Under the pieces are notes generated by a model. It was not told the DNA's origin and ran no database searches. It worked only from the letters and a program-made list of their open reading frames with translations. The position numbers and the translations under genes were made by a program. Shown here piece after piece: positions 36,765 to 48,515 of a stretch of 64,000 nt of DNA. Positions within the stretch are counted from its first letter, which is position 1. Every line of letters begins with the position of its first letter. Source of the stretch: Ruditapes philippinarum (lineage: Eukaryota); NCBI RefSeq assembly GCF_026571515.1, contig NW_026857024.1, positions 62,001-126,000 of the forward strand, written 5' to 3'.

Positions 36765-39380
36765 CATGTATACTTTATCAACTTTTCATTTTAACAGCAT
36801 ATCATTCACTTAATACATACATTATTGGATGTATTTTAATAATATTGAACATTTTCAGCTGCTCATTTCATAATTAAACATTTAGGATTATAAAATATTA
36901 TTATTTCAAAAAAAACCAATTTTAATTAAAATGCATTTAACATCTATTGTTGACCAGACTGTTCTGTAGATTATCATATTTCTTCTCTTTAAATATGATG
37001 TACTGTAATACTGTATTTTTATTCAATATAATGTAGATAGTTTACTGCAAGATGTTCATAATAATTCTTCTATCTTTAAATACTGCCTGATTAATTAAGT
37101 TAATTATAATAAGAACTTAAAAAAACTTTAATCTTTAATTATTTTTCCTAAGATTAATTAGTTTATTAATTAAAATTAAAAGAAAAAAAAACAAACCAGA
37201 AACACTTCTCAGACTACTGATTATAGAATACTGACCTCAGGTGACCCTCAAATTCTTTGAAATTGTAACAGTAAGTCATATTCTGGTGAAGGGGACATAA
37301 TTAAGATTAAAGTAGAATAATATGGCTAGAGTTATTTGATATTCATTATGTAACAATTATAATGTAATAATGAAAAATATTTCTTGGTTATCAGAATTCA
37401 ACTTTTATTCAATCCTTCACTTGTACATTGTACTATACATCTTAAATTGGATATTCTAACTGTATTATTACACATGTTTTGTAATTATATTTAATTGTGC
37501 TTCAGGTGAGATGGGTGGTAGAGGCTGCAAATGCAAGGATCAGAAGATATCTTTCACATGTTCTTCCAACAAACCAAGTGCCATACATAGGTGATTATGT
37601 AAGCATAATTTGTGCCTTATGTAATAAGAAACTGCCACCTATCAACCAAACCCAAGAACTTGACTCACCTTTAGCAAGCCATATGCGGGATAGATTGTCA
37701 TGCAATCTTTGTCTTCAAGATTTTGTGGAAGAACATGATCTTGCTAGAAGAAGTGTAGCCCATTGGACAATTACTGAATCATTGACAGATTTTCCAAAAC
37801 TGTCAAAACTATATTGAGAATTTTAACTCTTGGTACTTACCAGTTAAAGCTGAGCTCAAGCTATGTACATGAGTATATTAGTGGTACTTGTGACTTTCAC
37901 TTGCACAAGGAAATTCCGGGTCTTCTAAGAGTTAGAATTCAGAGCCGCTATATAACATCAAATTAAAATCAAGACCATGTAATTCCATGGTAATGAAAAT
38001 GTAGGGCTGGGGCTAGGACAGTTGGTACTTGCTCTCATGCTGCTGAAGTCATATGGTACCTGGGCATGGCTGTCCATACAGCTGAAATAAGCTTTGGTGT
38101 GAAAGACTGGGGGGAGTATTTGGAGGATGCTTCAGCTAATCCAGAATCAATAGACTCTTCAGATTCAGAAGAAAGTATAGTTGAGGAATAGCTTCCCCTC
38201 ATATAGTGGTTGATATAATGTTATATTTTAATGCAAATGTTTTATTTTCAAATTCTGTACAAAAGTTATTTTTCAATAAAATGATTCTGCTGGGTTATAT
38301 ATTTTATAAATATGTCTAACAGGTTATATGGCCATGTATGACTGACAGGTTTAAATACAGTAATGCTAATATATTTATAAATAAATGTAAATTAATATAT
38401 ACTGTAAATTCTAATTGTATGTTTTGATGTACATATAAGTAATAATGTTATATTGCTTTAGTGATGTTAATCTTAACTTGTACATCTGTATAAAAGTGCA
38501 GAATATTAATTTACTGTATAAATAATTTAAATTGTTATTGGAAGCATTTTGAACTATTTACTGTCTAATATATTTAATCAATGCTCATTACTGTTACTGG
38601 TTTATTTATATATTAACTGAGTTACTTTTATTGTCTAGTTCTTAGAACATTATGTACCCTTTATCTTTTAATTGCTACAAACATGTATCTCACCGAAGCC
38701 AATCAAACAGTGTTGCTATGGAAACAAGAAGATTTCCATGCCCTATAAAAGTAAAAACCCTCTGAAAATTAAATGTACACGGTAATTCATAAACATCCAA
38801 AATGTTAAAAATGTAACACATGCAAACTGTCTCTTCATACAACTTATTTTGTGTGAAATGAAACTAGTTTATGTTTCCATGGCAACACTGAAAACAATAC
38901 ATTCACATTCTTAATCTTGGAACTATCACTGTAGTTGAGGCTTACATATAAAAGAAACATAGATTGCAAGTATTTGTAAAATTCTGTGAATCTAGTTGCA
39001 GAGTCACAATATATGAAAATTGGTGACGTTGCCATGGAATTTTAAATTAAATTTATGCAGAAATTGTTGTTTTAAATGTTCATTTTTTTTTAAATATTGA
39101 CATTATCTATTTTATATCTAGAGAGATGTTAAGTGTGTGTGACTGAGAATGTTAACTAGCTATTTGCCAATGTTATAAGCAATTAACTTGTTAGAAATAT
39201 AAAAAATGGTGCATTTAACTTGGTTGCAATGGTAACCTACTAAATAGAAAAAATGCCTAAGTTGTTCCTGTTTCTTTTTCAACACATAAATATGAATCTT
39301 TGCTAAAATTTTGATGAATTTCTGAAACAGGGCATTTTTTCACCCAAAATGAACCTAAATGATAATACATGTATCGATTA

Positions 39381-40361
39381 CTGTAACCCAATTTATATTC
39401 GCGGATACAAATTTGCGCGTTTTGCCGAGGTCGGACATATTCGCGAATATTAATTTCCGCGTTTCCTTGATTTCCGGAAAAAAAATATTCGCGGATTGGA
39501 ACGTCCGATGGGGCTCTCAAATCCATTAGCCGACTATTAATCTTCAATAATTGAGGTCATTATTGGTGTCTTAAATTGGATTAACAATACGCTATTCTTA
39601 TATTGTATTGGTAAGTGAATTGTGATCACAATTCAGCAAAACATTTTCTCTATATATGTACATGTACGCATCGTTCGTCTTCATTTCTAAACATGTCGTT
39701 AAAAGGGTGGTTGATAAAAAATAAACCCTCAGAATGCAGGGATGTTAACTGAACTATACAGGCTGTTTAGTTTGACGGGTAAAAATCGATACTAGTATGA
39801 AACCATCTTGTATTTCACTGTTTGTAAGTATGTACACCCAATACCCTTTTGTGATGCTCGATAGGTTTATACCACCTTCGTCTTAACAATTCACTCAAAC
39901 AATTATTTTATAGGATCAAAAAAACAATAGCCTTTTGTGATGCTCGATAGTTTTCCCACTTTTGTCAAACGATTTATTCAAATAGTACCCTATACGGAAC
40001 GTAATTGACAATAGGCCTACTAGTATTTCATAAACTGTATTAAAATGTGGATGTTTATTTTGATTGCTATATTGACATAGAGTTCTTTTGATATTTATGA
40101 AATAGTAGTAGTTTACTTAGTTTGTGTTTTTATTGCTTTATGGCAATATTCATAACAATTCATTACTTCCTAAGAGGTGCCCGTAAAATTCGAATATATC
40201 CGGTCAAGTAGCTTTGCATGAACAACGTCTAAAATAAAAATTTCTCTCTAATTTATTCGCGAAATCGTGCAGACTTATTCGCGCAAACAAATATTCGCGC
40301 TTCGTGGCCAACCGCGAATAAAGCGAATATTAATTGGTCGCGAATATTCGTTGGGTTACAG
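39381..40361. mobile_element. Tc1/mariner-type non-autonomous element (~980 bp) with TA TSD
   Basis: ta|ctgtaacccaa..tattcgcg ... cgcgaatattcgttgggttacag|ta, with subterminal ttcgcg/cgcgaa repeats at both ends. Confidence 0.85.
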
Positions 40362-41338
40362 TAGTCTACAGGTTATAGGTGTTTATACCCAGTGTTAGCT
40401 GGCTAATAATACTTTCTATAATAGAGTTTATACATTATAGTTTTCTTTATACTAGATTTTGAATTCCATCCATTAGTACCAATGTTAATGTAAATGTTAG
40501 GATTTCATATATATTTGATAGAAACTGGGAATTATTAATGTTATGTGCATACATGTATATCTTAGTATATTGATACGATGAGACTTATAATATTTCTGTA
40601 TTTAAAGAGTTACAGTTATGACATTAATATATTAAAGGGATGATACTTTCATTTAAAGTTATAAATGATAATACATGTATTGATTGAAAATGTCCTTAAA
40701 CTTGGATCAAGCAATACAATTTATAAAGTCATATTCTGAATAGTTATTCTAATTGTTTTCTAACATGTGCATAGTTTGAAAAGGACAGCTTCTGTCTTAT
40801 CTATTTGTAATGGAGGGACACCGGTCTCAACATCCAGGTCACCAGAGTCAACCCGACAGCAGACTTTTCATAGAGTAGATTGTTACTTGCCCTTGAATTA
40901 ATTTGTGCACTAAATATTATAGTGGGTGATTTGTGCCACATGAAAACCAACAAAGTACAAAAAGTAACCGGGCGCCAGATGAAAACATGAAAATACAATC
41001 TACCACAAAGTGGTTCGTTTGTTGCATTTGCATGTTTTCGCCCGGTGCGCCTGATGCAAAATACAAATCAGCCTTCATAAAATTTCTTATCATAGAAAAA
41101 AGGTTAGTTTTTTATCTGTACAAAAAAAGATATTGTACATGTATTAGTACAGTTATGTTCACTTTCAAATTGACCTGTTATAAATAATGGCACAATCAAT
41201 CACTGTCTCAGCCCTTTTTAGTAAAAATAATTATACAATATATAAATTGTTATTTTGATTAAGACTATAAGAGTATGTAAGGGTTTTTTTTCTTATTTGT
41301 TTAATAAAGAAATAATCTACCTGTTAACTAAGAGTATC

Positions 41339-41600
41339 TGTCACGGTTTAGAACTGTTCACTAGGGGAGAAAATGTGATAGCTTAATCGCTACAGCCCCC
41401 GTATATTATTATGTGGGTCACAGGTTCGAGTTCTGGTCAAGCTGAAAGTTTTTCTCATCCTGTGACTGCATATCAATATAGTGGGGGAAATATGTTGCGG
41501 TTTAGAACTGTTTCATTATTAAAGAGAAAATGTGTAGCCGGCCGGATAGCTCAGTTGGTCTTCTGACAGTCATGGGTTCGAGTCATGGTCAGGCAGTTTC
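41339..41600 (+). repeat. Two tandem ~130-bp units, each with a tRNA-like core; first unit bounded by tgtcac...gtgac
   Basis: cggtttagaactgtt...gagaaaatgtg is repeated, with A-box-like tagctcagttgg and B-box-like ggttcgagt. Confidence 0.5.
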
Positions 41601-41619
41601 AGGCAGGGTTTAGAAGTGG

Positions 41620-42230
41620 TTTTTCAACTGACACATGTTTGATTCATTTAAAAGATTGTATTAAATTTGAAATGGACAAAGGCAGTATTGCATGATACTT
41701 TTAGATCAACAAAAGGCATTTGATAGTTATTCACACTATACTGCACATGAAGAAGTTCTTCTTCTTCTTCTTCATGAAACTTCAAGCATCTGCCATAGGT
41801 AATGACATTCTTACATTGTTCAAGTCTTATCTATGATAGACAGCAGCTGGTGGATGTGGCTGGTACTCATTCTACTACTGCTCCGAGTACCTATGGTGTC
41901 CCCCTGATGTTCATTTTAGGTCCTCTTTTATGTCTATTGTGTCAATGACATGTCTGCAACCTTAAGCAATAAGCTTTTATGATATGCTGATGACTCAGGT
42001 ATCCTTGTATCTGGTAAAATAAATCTGAAGACATTCTTTCTTATGGCATGCGTCTTATAAGATTGGTTAATTGACTATAAATTGTCTTTACTTATTGCCA
42101 AGACAGAGTCTATTCTTTTTGGTTTAAGTTTCAGCTTAAACTGGGCCTAGCCTCCAGGTCATATGTTTTGGTACTGCTATAAAGTACATATCTTTTCTTA
42201 AGTATTTAGGTGAAAAACTTGATCAAATTT
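41620..42230 (+). pseudogene. Old CR1/L2-type RT fragment
   Basis: MILLDQQKAFD, FKSYL, GVP..ILGPL, VNDM and YADDSGILVSGK, with many lesions. Confidence 0.8.
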
Positions 42231-42640
42231 TTTGGCGTCGCCTTTGATGCTTTGCATCAATGCTTTTCTTGTTACGGTCTGGAATAGCAGATTATTCTCT
42301 TATGACTTATCAAGAAGCATTGAATATGTTTACAAAATTTAGGAGGAAATATAAATTCCATAATTTATGGCCAATACCGGTTCGGCATGTTGTTTTATTT
42401 ATAGCTCATTGTTTTTAAAAGGGTCTCTCCCCTAAAAGCATTTTATCCTACATTTCTGGTTTTAATTATTATCACAAATTGTCAGAATTTTACGATATTG
42501 CTCACAATTTCGTTATTAAGAAAATCCTTGAAGGTTGTCACCGGAAACGCCGTCTTAATGATAAGCGGGCCCCGTTGACATTAAATGTACTTACTTCAGT
42601 TTGCGCTGCATTACAACATGTTGCAACAAATCAGTATGCG

Positions 42641-42725
42641 CGAGAGAAAATAAGAATACCTTAAGCAAGCCCAACACGGCAAAATTGAAAATGTTGCAGG
42701 CTCGGTTTGATTGAGTCTGTTCATA
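42641..42725 (-). repeat. Family B' truncated copy inside the YR gene
   Basis: Lies between NQY and ESCLFKA. Contains ttgcaggctcggtttgattgagtctgt. Confidence 0.75.
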
Positions 42726-43078
42726 GAGTCTTGTTTGTTTAAAGCGCTATTTTTACTAGCATATTTTGGGCTATTTAGAGTCAGTGAGCTTGTTGCCCCC
42801 ATGCCAGGTAGGGCTAGTCAGTTACAGCTAAGTGATTCTATATTTATCTATTTTTTAATTGACAAACGATACTTACATATAAAATTATAAAAAAAAATCA
42901 ACGAGGTAAGCGAGTTGAAATGAAAGCCGAGCAGTGAGCATTAGTTTTGCCCTGTTCAAGCAATATCTGCTTATCTAGCAATTATATCGTCTATTCGCGG
43001 TCCTTTATTTTGTCATTCTAACAGTTTACCGGTTACACGAACACAATTTTCTTTCGTTCTTAAGAAATGTATTTCTAA

Positions 43079-43389
43079 AAATCTGAAAACAAAGTGATCC
43101 CTCGGAAGCATTAATCACAACAAAATAACAGTAGTATTGCAGACTCGGTTTGATTGAGTCTGTAAATGAGGGATAATGAATAGGTGCAACATACATCACA
43201 CCCCCTAGCACCGGCTTGAGTGGTACTCAATTCTCAACACTTATTAGTGCTGGAATCAATGATCCCGAAGGACCAGAAAAATATTACAACACTGAAGTGA
43301 AGTACGGGGCAACTTTTTACAGCTGCCACACAGCCCTTGACACCTGCTGTTGTGAAGTATACAAATCTGGAAACAAAGTGATCCCTCGG
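43079..43389 (-). mobile_element. Family B short element: 284-bp unit plus a 27-bp terminal direct repeat
   Basis: aaatctgraaacaaagtgatccctcgg at 43079-43105 and 43363-43389, inserted in the YR gene just before HSFRIG. Confidence 0.85.
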
Positions 43390-43607
43390 TTTCTGGTTTG
43401 TCATTATAGGTCACACAGTTTTAGGATTGGTAGGGCAACTGATTTACTAGTAGCTGCATCAGGGGTTACAATGGAAACTATAAAGAAAATGGGCCGCTGG
43501 TCCTCTGATTCTAATAAAACGTATATTCGTCAGTAGCTTGCTATAATTAAGGTCATGCAGCGACTAATTTAAATGTTATGATGTATATGTACTTTTCCTT
43601 TATTTAG

Positions 43608-43960
43608 ATGTGTGGGTTCTTTGGGGATTCGATCCCGTACTGGGCTGGTATACGAGCTAAAGCAACCGGGAAGACCAGTCTGCACTTGCCAGGTAAGGTG
43701 ATTGCCTGGTGGGCTGTCAGGGGTATTCGATGGCTGTCATTCCGTCGTACCATTGAAGCTCAAGTTCTGCTTTCAACCCACCGGAAATTATTGCAATTCA
43801 CCTTGGCGGGAATGATCTGACCTCTAAATCTATATTCCAAATTAAAAACATAATATCTCGTTAGGTCAGGTATTTGCGTACGTACGCCTTTCCAACTGTT
43901 AAAATAATTTGGATTGATATCCTCCAGAGACAAGTGTGGCCTGGTGCTATTGAAAGCCAT
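43608..43960 (+). pseudogene. SGNH/GDSL hydrolase-like accessory ORF of the Ngaro element
   Basis: GDSIPYWAG (block I), WWAVRGIRW (block II), IAIHLGGNDL (block III) and IIWIDILQR. Frameshifted. Confidence 0.75.
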
Positions 43961-44125
43961 GGCTGTCTGATATTTTTCTAACCATTTGGATAAAATATAA
44001 GTTCATTTTGACTATATATGAATTGAAAACGCCTTCTTATTTAACCGGAATCCATTAATTAATCCACAGTTACAATATATGAAACCATACCGTCAGTGTA
44101 TGAAACCGAGGTAGCAATATATAAT

Positions 44126-44480
44126 TCTGGAAACAAAGTGATCCCTCGGAAGCATTAATCACAACAAAATAACATAAGAATTGCAGACTCGGTTTGATTG
44201 AGTCTGTACATGAGGGACAATGTATAAGTGCAACATCAATATAAGTTGATTTTGTCAATATATGATCCCAGTTCTTCAATATAAGGTACCAAAGTAGCCA
44301 TGTATGGAATCAGATATCCTTATATGAAATATGATAAACAAGATTAACAAGGAAAGGCGGCGTTCAATGAACGCAACCCCCATATGACCCAGCAACAAGA
44401 ACTAGTGGCAAGGAGCCCAGGCGGACCCCAAACAAAAACAGGACAGGGCAAAGACAGAGCACGGAAAGATTAATCACTTA
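44126..44480 (-). repeat. Family B truncated copy (44126-44237) followed by a family A copy (44327-44480)
   Basis: Direct matches to 43082-43190 and to 28595-28749 respectively. Confidence 0.8.
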
Positions 44481-44856
44481 ATGATAAATAATTTGTAACT
44501 GATTAGGAATTCAAAGAAATCAAGTAAATGATTGACTATTGGCCCACACAGTCAAAGGGGAAGGGGACAGGAGACCGGGGGAAGGGTTAATCAAAAGAAA
44601 TAAAAACTAGGGGTAATGGGGAAGATACCGTACACGAGAAAAAAACAAGGGACACAAGCAAAAGTGTCACCAAAAACAGTATGAAACAACATAGACATAC
44701 ATCTGAGGAGCACAGAAGGGCGCCGCCTTGGAGCGGTCAGAAGCATAATAATGACTGCTGGGGAGTTTAAACAGGTTAATGGTGCACCAAACCTCGCTTT
44801 TAGCCCCACCATGTTCCTATAAACGAGACAGTGTAAATAAAATGAATCCCCGCCAA

Positions 44857-47800
44857 TAGACAGGACTGATTTTGAAAATTTGGCCCTCTATAAGATGCTA
44901 GAGGCATTTTGTAGTACAAGTGGTATCTTGGTGTATATTACCTAATTAAGGTATGCTGAATCCGATAAAGGTGGATACCAAACTGAAAAACTTGATCTTG
45001 ACCATTGAAATGGCCATTTAAAATGACCACTAATATGGCCGCCAAATTTCTTTATCATTAATGGATGATATATCAAATAAAACTTTAATGAAAGGAAAAG
45101 CCTGAAATTTGTCACATAGCATGTTAAGATAAAAACAAATAAGACACCAAAACAGAATTTAAAAAAGCCAATCCAATATGGCCGAAAAATCCAAGATGGC
45201 GGACATTTTCTTTAGGCCAATATAGGAACCGCCAAAATCTTTATCATAAATGGATGATATATCAAATAAAACATTTAAAAATAGGAAAAACCTGAATTTT
45301 GTCACAAAGCAAGTTAAGGTTAAAACAAATTAGACACCAAAACAGGATTAAAAAAAAAACAATCCAATATGGCCGAAAAATCCAAGATGGCGGACATTTT
45401 TCTATAGGCCAATATAATAGTAACATAGAAGTAATATTAAAGATAGTACTGAATATTTTAAGGCATTTAAACATAAAAGAATAGAATGTAAGAGATAAAA
45501 TTTCTAGAAAGTCCCTACTCCTTTGAACCATCACTATATTTAGGGTTTACGCAGCGAACACTACACTCTTCCCTGCCCTATCTGCTAAATATATAGATAT
45601 TTCATGTATTTTATCTGGCACTTTATGCAAGCATATAGAGTGGCTACTCAGAATCCTACTTATATTTGCATAGCACTATATGCCAGTATTTCTTTCAACA
45701 AGGTTTTTAATCTTGACTAACCACCTGAGAAATTTCTAAATAGTTTACTCTTACTCCTCAGAGCTGCCCAATGCAATTCACTTATTGCGATATTGAAATT
45801 CAGGAAATATTAAGTAGGATGATTAATATTGTCATTAGAAATTTAAAACCAATAACACTTATATAACAGCTTAGATTTAATTTTGCTTCACTAAAGGATT
45901 TCTTATTACTGTCAAACAACCCTATCCTCCCATGCATGCACTGGTTTCCAAGTCAGATGTCAGTGAATGAGGCTTCATCTTGAGACTAATGCATCACCTA
46001 AATACACATCTACATATCTACCAGCTGAACTGCATGAGCATCTAGAGGATTATATTTTGATCCCAGTTAAAATGCCCTATCCAGCGACTTACAAATTTTA
46101 TTTATTGACACATAAGCAACAACATTAGGGAAAAGCTGTGTTACTATGATGTCAATGATTGGAGTTTGTTTTCATAATGACATTGTTATAAAGCCAAAGG
46201 ATTCAAGCTAAATAAGAACCTCCGAACCCTTGGGCCAGACTAAGAAAAAAAGTTTTTTCGTTGGCAGCAACATTTATCGCCCTGTGACTTTGTCATTGAA
46301 TGAAATGTCATGGTATGGTTATGACTTCAAATTCTGCTAAATCCTCATTTTATTTTCATCACAAAAAACCCTATTCCACGCAATTTATGAATAATTAACA
46401 TTATAAAAGCCATTATATTATGCAAACGTTTTGGCTTTCTTTTTTTAATAACAGTAACTTGTACTTGAAGCTTGCACAAAGTTGGTTACGACAAAGTGTT
46501 CTACTGTGATGCCAGCCAAACAGATTAACTACAACATGCATTTCCATTGACCTTCAAACAATAGAAAGTAATCAGAAGTTATCATAATTATTCATGAAAA
46601 AATAATGTTATTCTGTCAATCCCTGGAGAAAAGTTAGAGTAATTTATTGTAATTGTTGTAAAAGAATAAGAAATAACTGTGTCTTAATCACTTACTTTTT
46701 AAAGTAATTTGCCCAAGTTCTGATTATGGCTACTACAACCCATAAGACGTGTAAAATTTGAGTAATTTGTTTCTAAATGTAATGATCCACTAAATCACTG
46801 GGTATACTTCATATACTAGTATATATAATTCAGGCACTGCTTTTCTTGCAGTTATCCTTACTCCGAACATTACTAAATAGTCAGAGGTTGAGCCACTCTT
46901 AAACTACTCTTCCTCCACTATTACCCACTGGGACATAGCCCTTCCTATAGGTACCATAACCACCACTATCGCTAAACCTAAGTCCCAAAGACACTCAGCA
47001 TCAAATCACAACATTATTTAGTCTAAGAGCGATCTTCCCATATAAAAGTTGTAGGAGAGTGATCAGAAGACTGGTATGACCGTATGATTGCTTATCAGTT
47101 CTTACCACCACTACTCCATCACTTCTTCCTAACCACCATACATTTTCTGCATTTACCCCCTAAAAATATGGACAAATAGTCATGTCGGTATTTACTGACC
47201 GATGAGATGGCTTCATTGATTGTGTTGGGATCACTAATGTTAATTTTAAGCCACCTGTAATAGATTAACTTGTCCCAATAGACTTGTTTTAAAACAAGCA
47301 ACGCTTATAAATGCTAACAACTTTCTCTGCTCAAGCATATAACATGTTTGCCAAAATCTTTAAATATTCACAAGGTTCTCAATTGCGTTTTGCTGATTCT
47401 TGTGGGATTTGAAAATGAAAGCGTTACAGTTGCGTTTACTATTGAATTACCAAAGCTCAAATTACCGATAGCCTTGACCAAACTAGGTTCAAAGTCAAAT
47501 GAGATCATGGCATGATACGCTCATAGCCTTAGTATTATACAGTGGAATCCATAAAACCCCTAAAATCAATAAGAATGTCTCCAACCCAGTCAACCCTAAT
47601 TTTCTTACAAGTCACTGGTTTACATTATCTTACCTAGATGTTTTGTTATTGTTGCTGTTCCTGGATGGCAACATATACAATTAACAAGATTCAACCATTT
47701 CTCTATATAAGCCATTCGAAATGCATACTTTAATGCCATATGATAACAAATTGAAAGAAAAAAACCTCAAAAAGGGACCTCTACTGTGCACGCCATCAGG

Positions 47801-48515
47801 CATATTTTTGTCATGTTATCTTTATAGCATAAAACTACATTCTTCATATGCACCGACAAAGCCTTTATCACGTTTTGAGCAGTAAACAAAAATCAGAAAA
47901 CAACAAATTGAAAGACTAAACGACTTAACCAAACCAACGTTTCAGACTGTTACAAATACTGGCATGTGTACATATAACGAATGGGCACTCAATTCATGAG
48001 TGTGATGTGAAATATACATATATAACCATATTGAGAGCTTTATTGCATAACACAGTACAGTTCTTTCAAAGCTTCAGTTCAAATATGATAAAAGTATAAT
48101 AACGAAATGTAGTTTTAGCTTACATGATAATAATAATCATGCTTTGCGAAATAAAAATATATATGACCTTAATGACCTTGTTTTTGAGTGATTTTTACGA
48201 GTTAACCTTATATATTACTAGAAATTTGCAATTAACTAATTTAATAATTGTATAAACCTAGAGAATATTGAATAATCATTTGATTTTGACAAGGATATTT
48301 TATTGCATCATATTGTATCATATTTTTAATGACCTATTTAAGTATTTTTAGCGGCCATTTGGAATTGACCTTTTGAAGGTCAAGGTCAATTTTATTGTCT
48401 TGGTATCCACCCTCATCGTCTTCAGCATACCCGTATTAGGTTAAAACACTCAAGATATTACTTGTACTATAAAATGCCTCTAGTATTCATATTTTCTTCA
48501 AACCAGTCCTGTCTA
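44857..48515. mobile_element. Academ-like DNA transposon, degenerate
   Basis: Termini TAGACAGGACTG...CAGTCCTGTCTA, imperfect inverted repeats of ~150 bp and a 3-bp TSD caa on both sides. No intact ORF inside. Confidence 0.75.
45038..45415. repeat. Tandem duplication of a ~190-bp subterminal unit within the Academ-like element
   Basis: ccgccaaa..tttatcat..tggatgatatatcaaataaaac...aatccaatatggccgaaaaatccaagatggcggacatttt occurs twice. Confidence 0.9.

Larger units (their letters stand above)
31781..38191 (+). pseudogene. Intron-containing DDE transposase with a C-terminal SWIM-like motif (frameshifted)
   Basis: The catalytic triad is LDGTY, VDRGFRD and VRWVVEAAN. The intron 33018..37505 (aag|gtaata ... 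cttcag|gtg) joins SRFVKK to VRWVVE. The C-terminus has GARTVGTCSHAAEVIWYLG. Stops or frameshifts occur near 32180, 32335, 37815 and 37965. Confidence 0.85.
30386..39356 (+). mobile_element. DDE DNA transposon (DDE_Tnp_4/Harbinger-ISL2EU-related transposase; termini suggest Kolobok-like), now non-functional
   Basis: Left end ttaa|aggacaaggttca; right end tgaacct, a partial inverted match. The flanks rejoin to match a paralogous empty site at ~40650-40685. An internal transposase pseudogene is present. Superfamily assignment is uncertain. Confidence 0.7.
42270..43536 (+). pseudogene. Tyrosine recombinase of the Ngaro/DIRS element, interrupted by B'/B elements
   Basis: LFIAHCF.KGLSPKSILSYISG, KILEGCHRKR..DKRAPLT, LLAYFGLFRVSELV, CPVQAISAYL, YRSHSFRIGRAT, IKKMGRWSSDSNKTYIRQ*. 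The R, H-x-x-R, W and Y catalytic pattern is visible. Confidence 0.9.
26243..44590 (+). mobile_element. Decayed Ngaro/DIRS-type tyrosine-recombinase retrotransposon, split by ~13 kb of nested insertions
   Basis: Domains occur in the order gag (26.9-27.5 kb), RT/RNase H (27.5-29.0 kb), YR (42.3-43.5 kb), SGNH (43.6-44.0 kb), all on the + strand. Outer boundaries are approximate. Confidence 0.8.

Noticed and set aside
41987-42000. ctgatga as a hammerhead ribozyme core
   Set aside because: It is the YADD codons of an RT fragment. No stem II or GAAA follows.
43216-43536. 106-aa ORF as a stand-alone recombinase gene
   Set aside because: It is a chimera of the non-coding family B insertion and the last ~45 codons of the dead YR gene.
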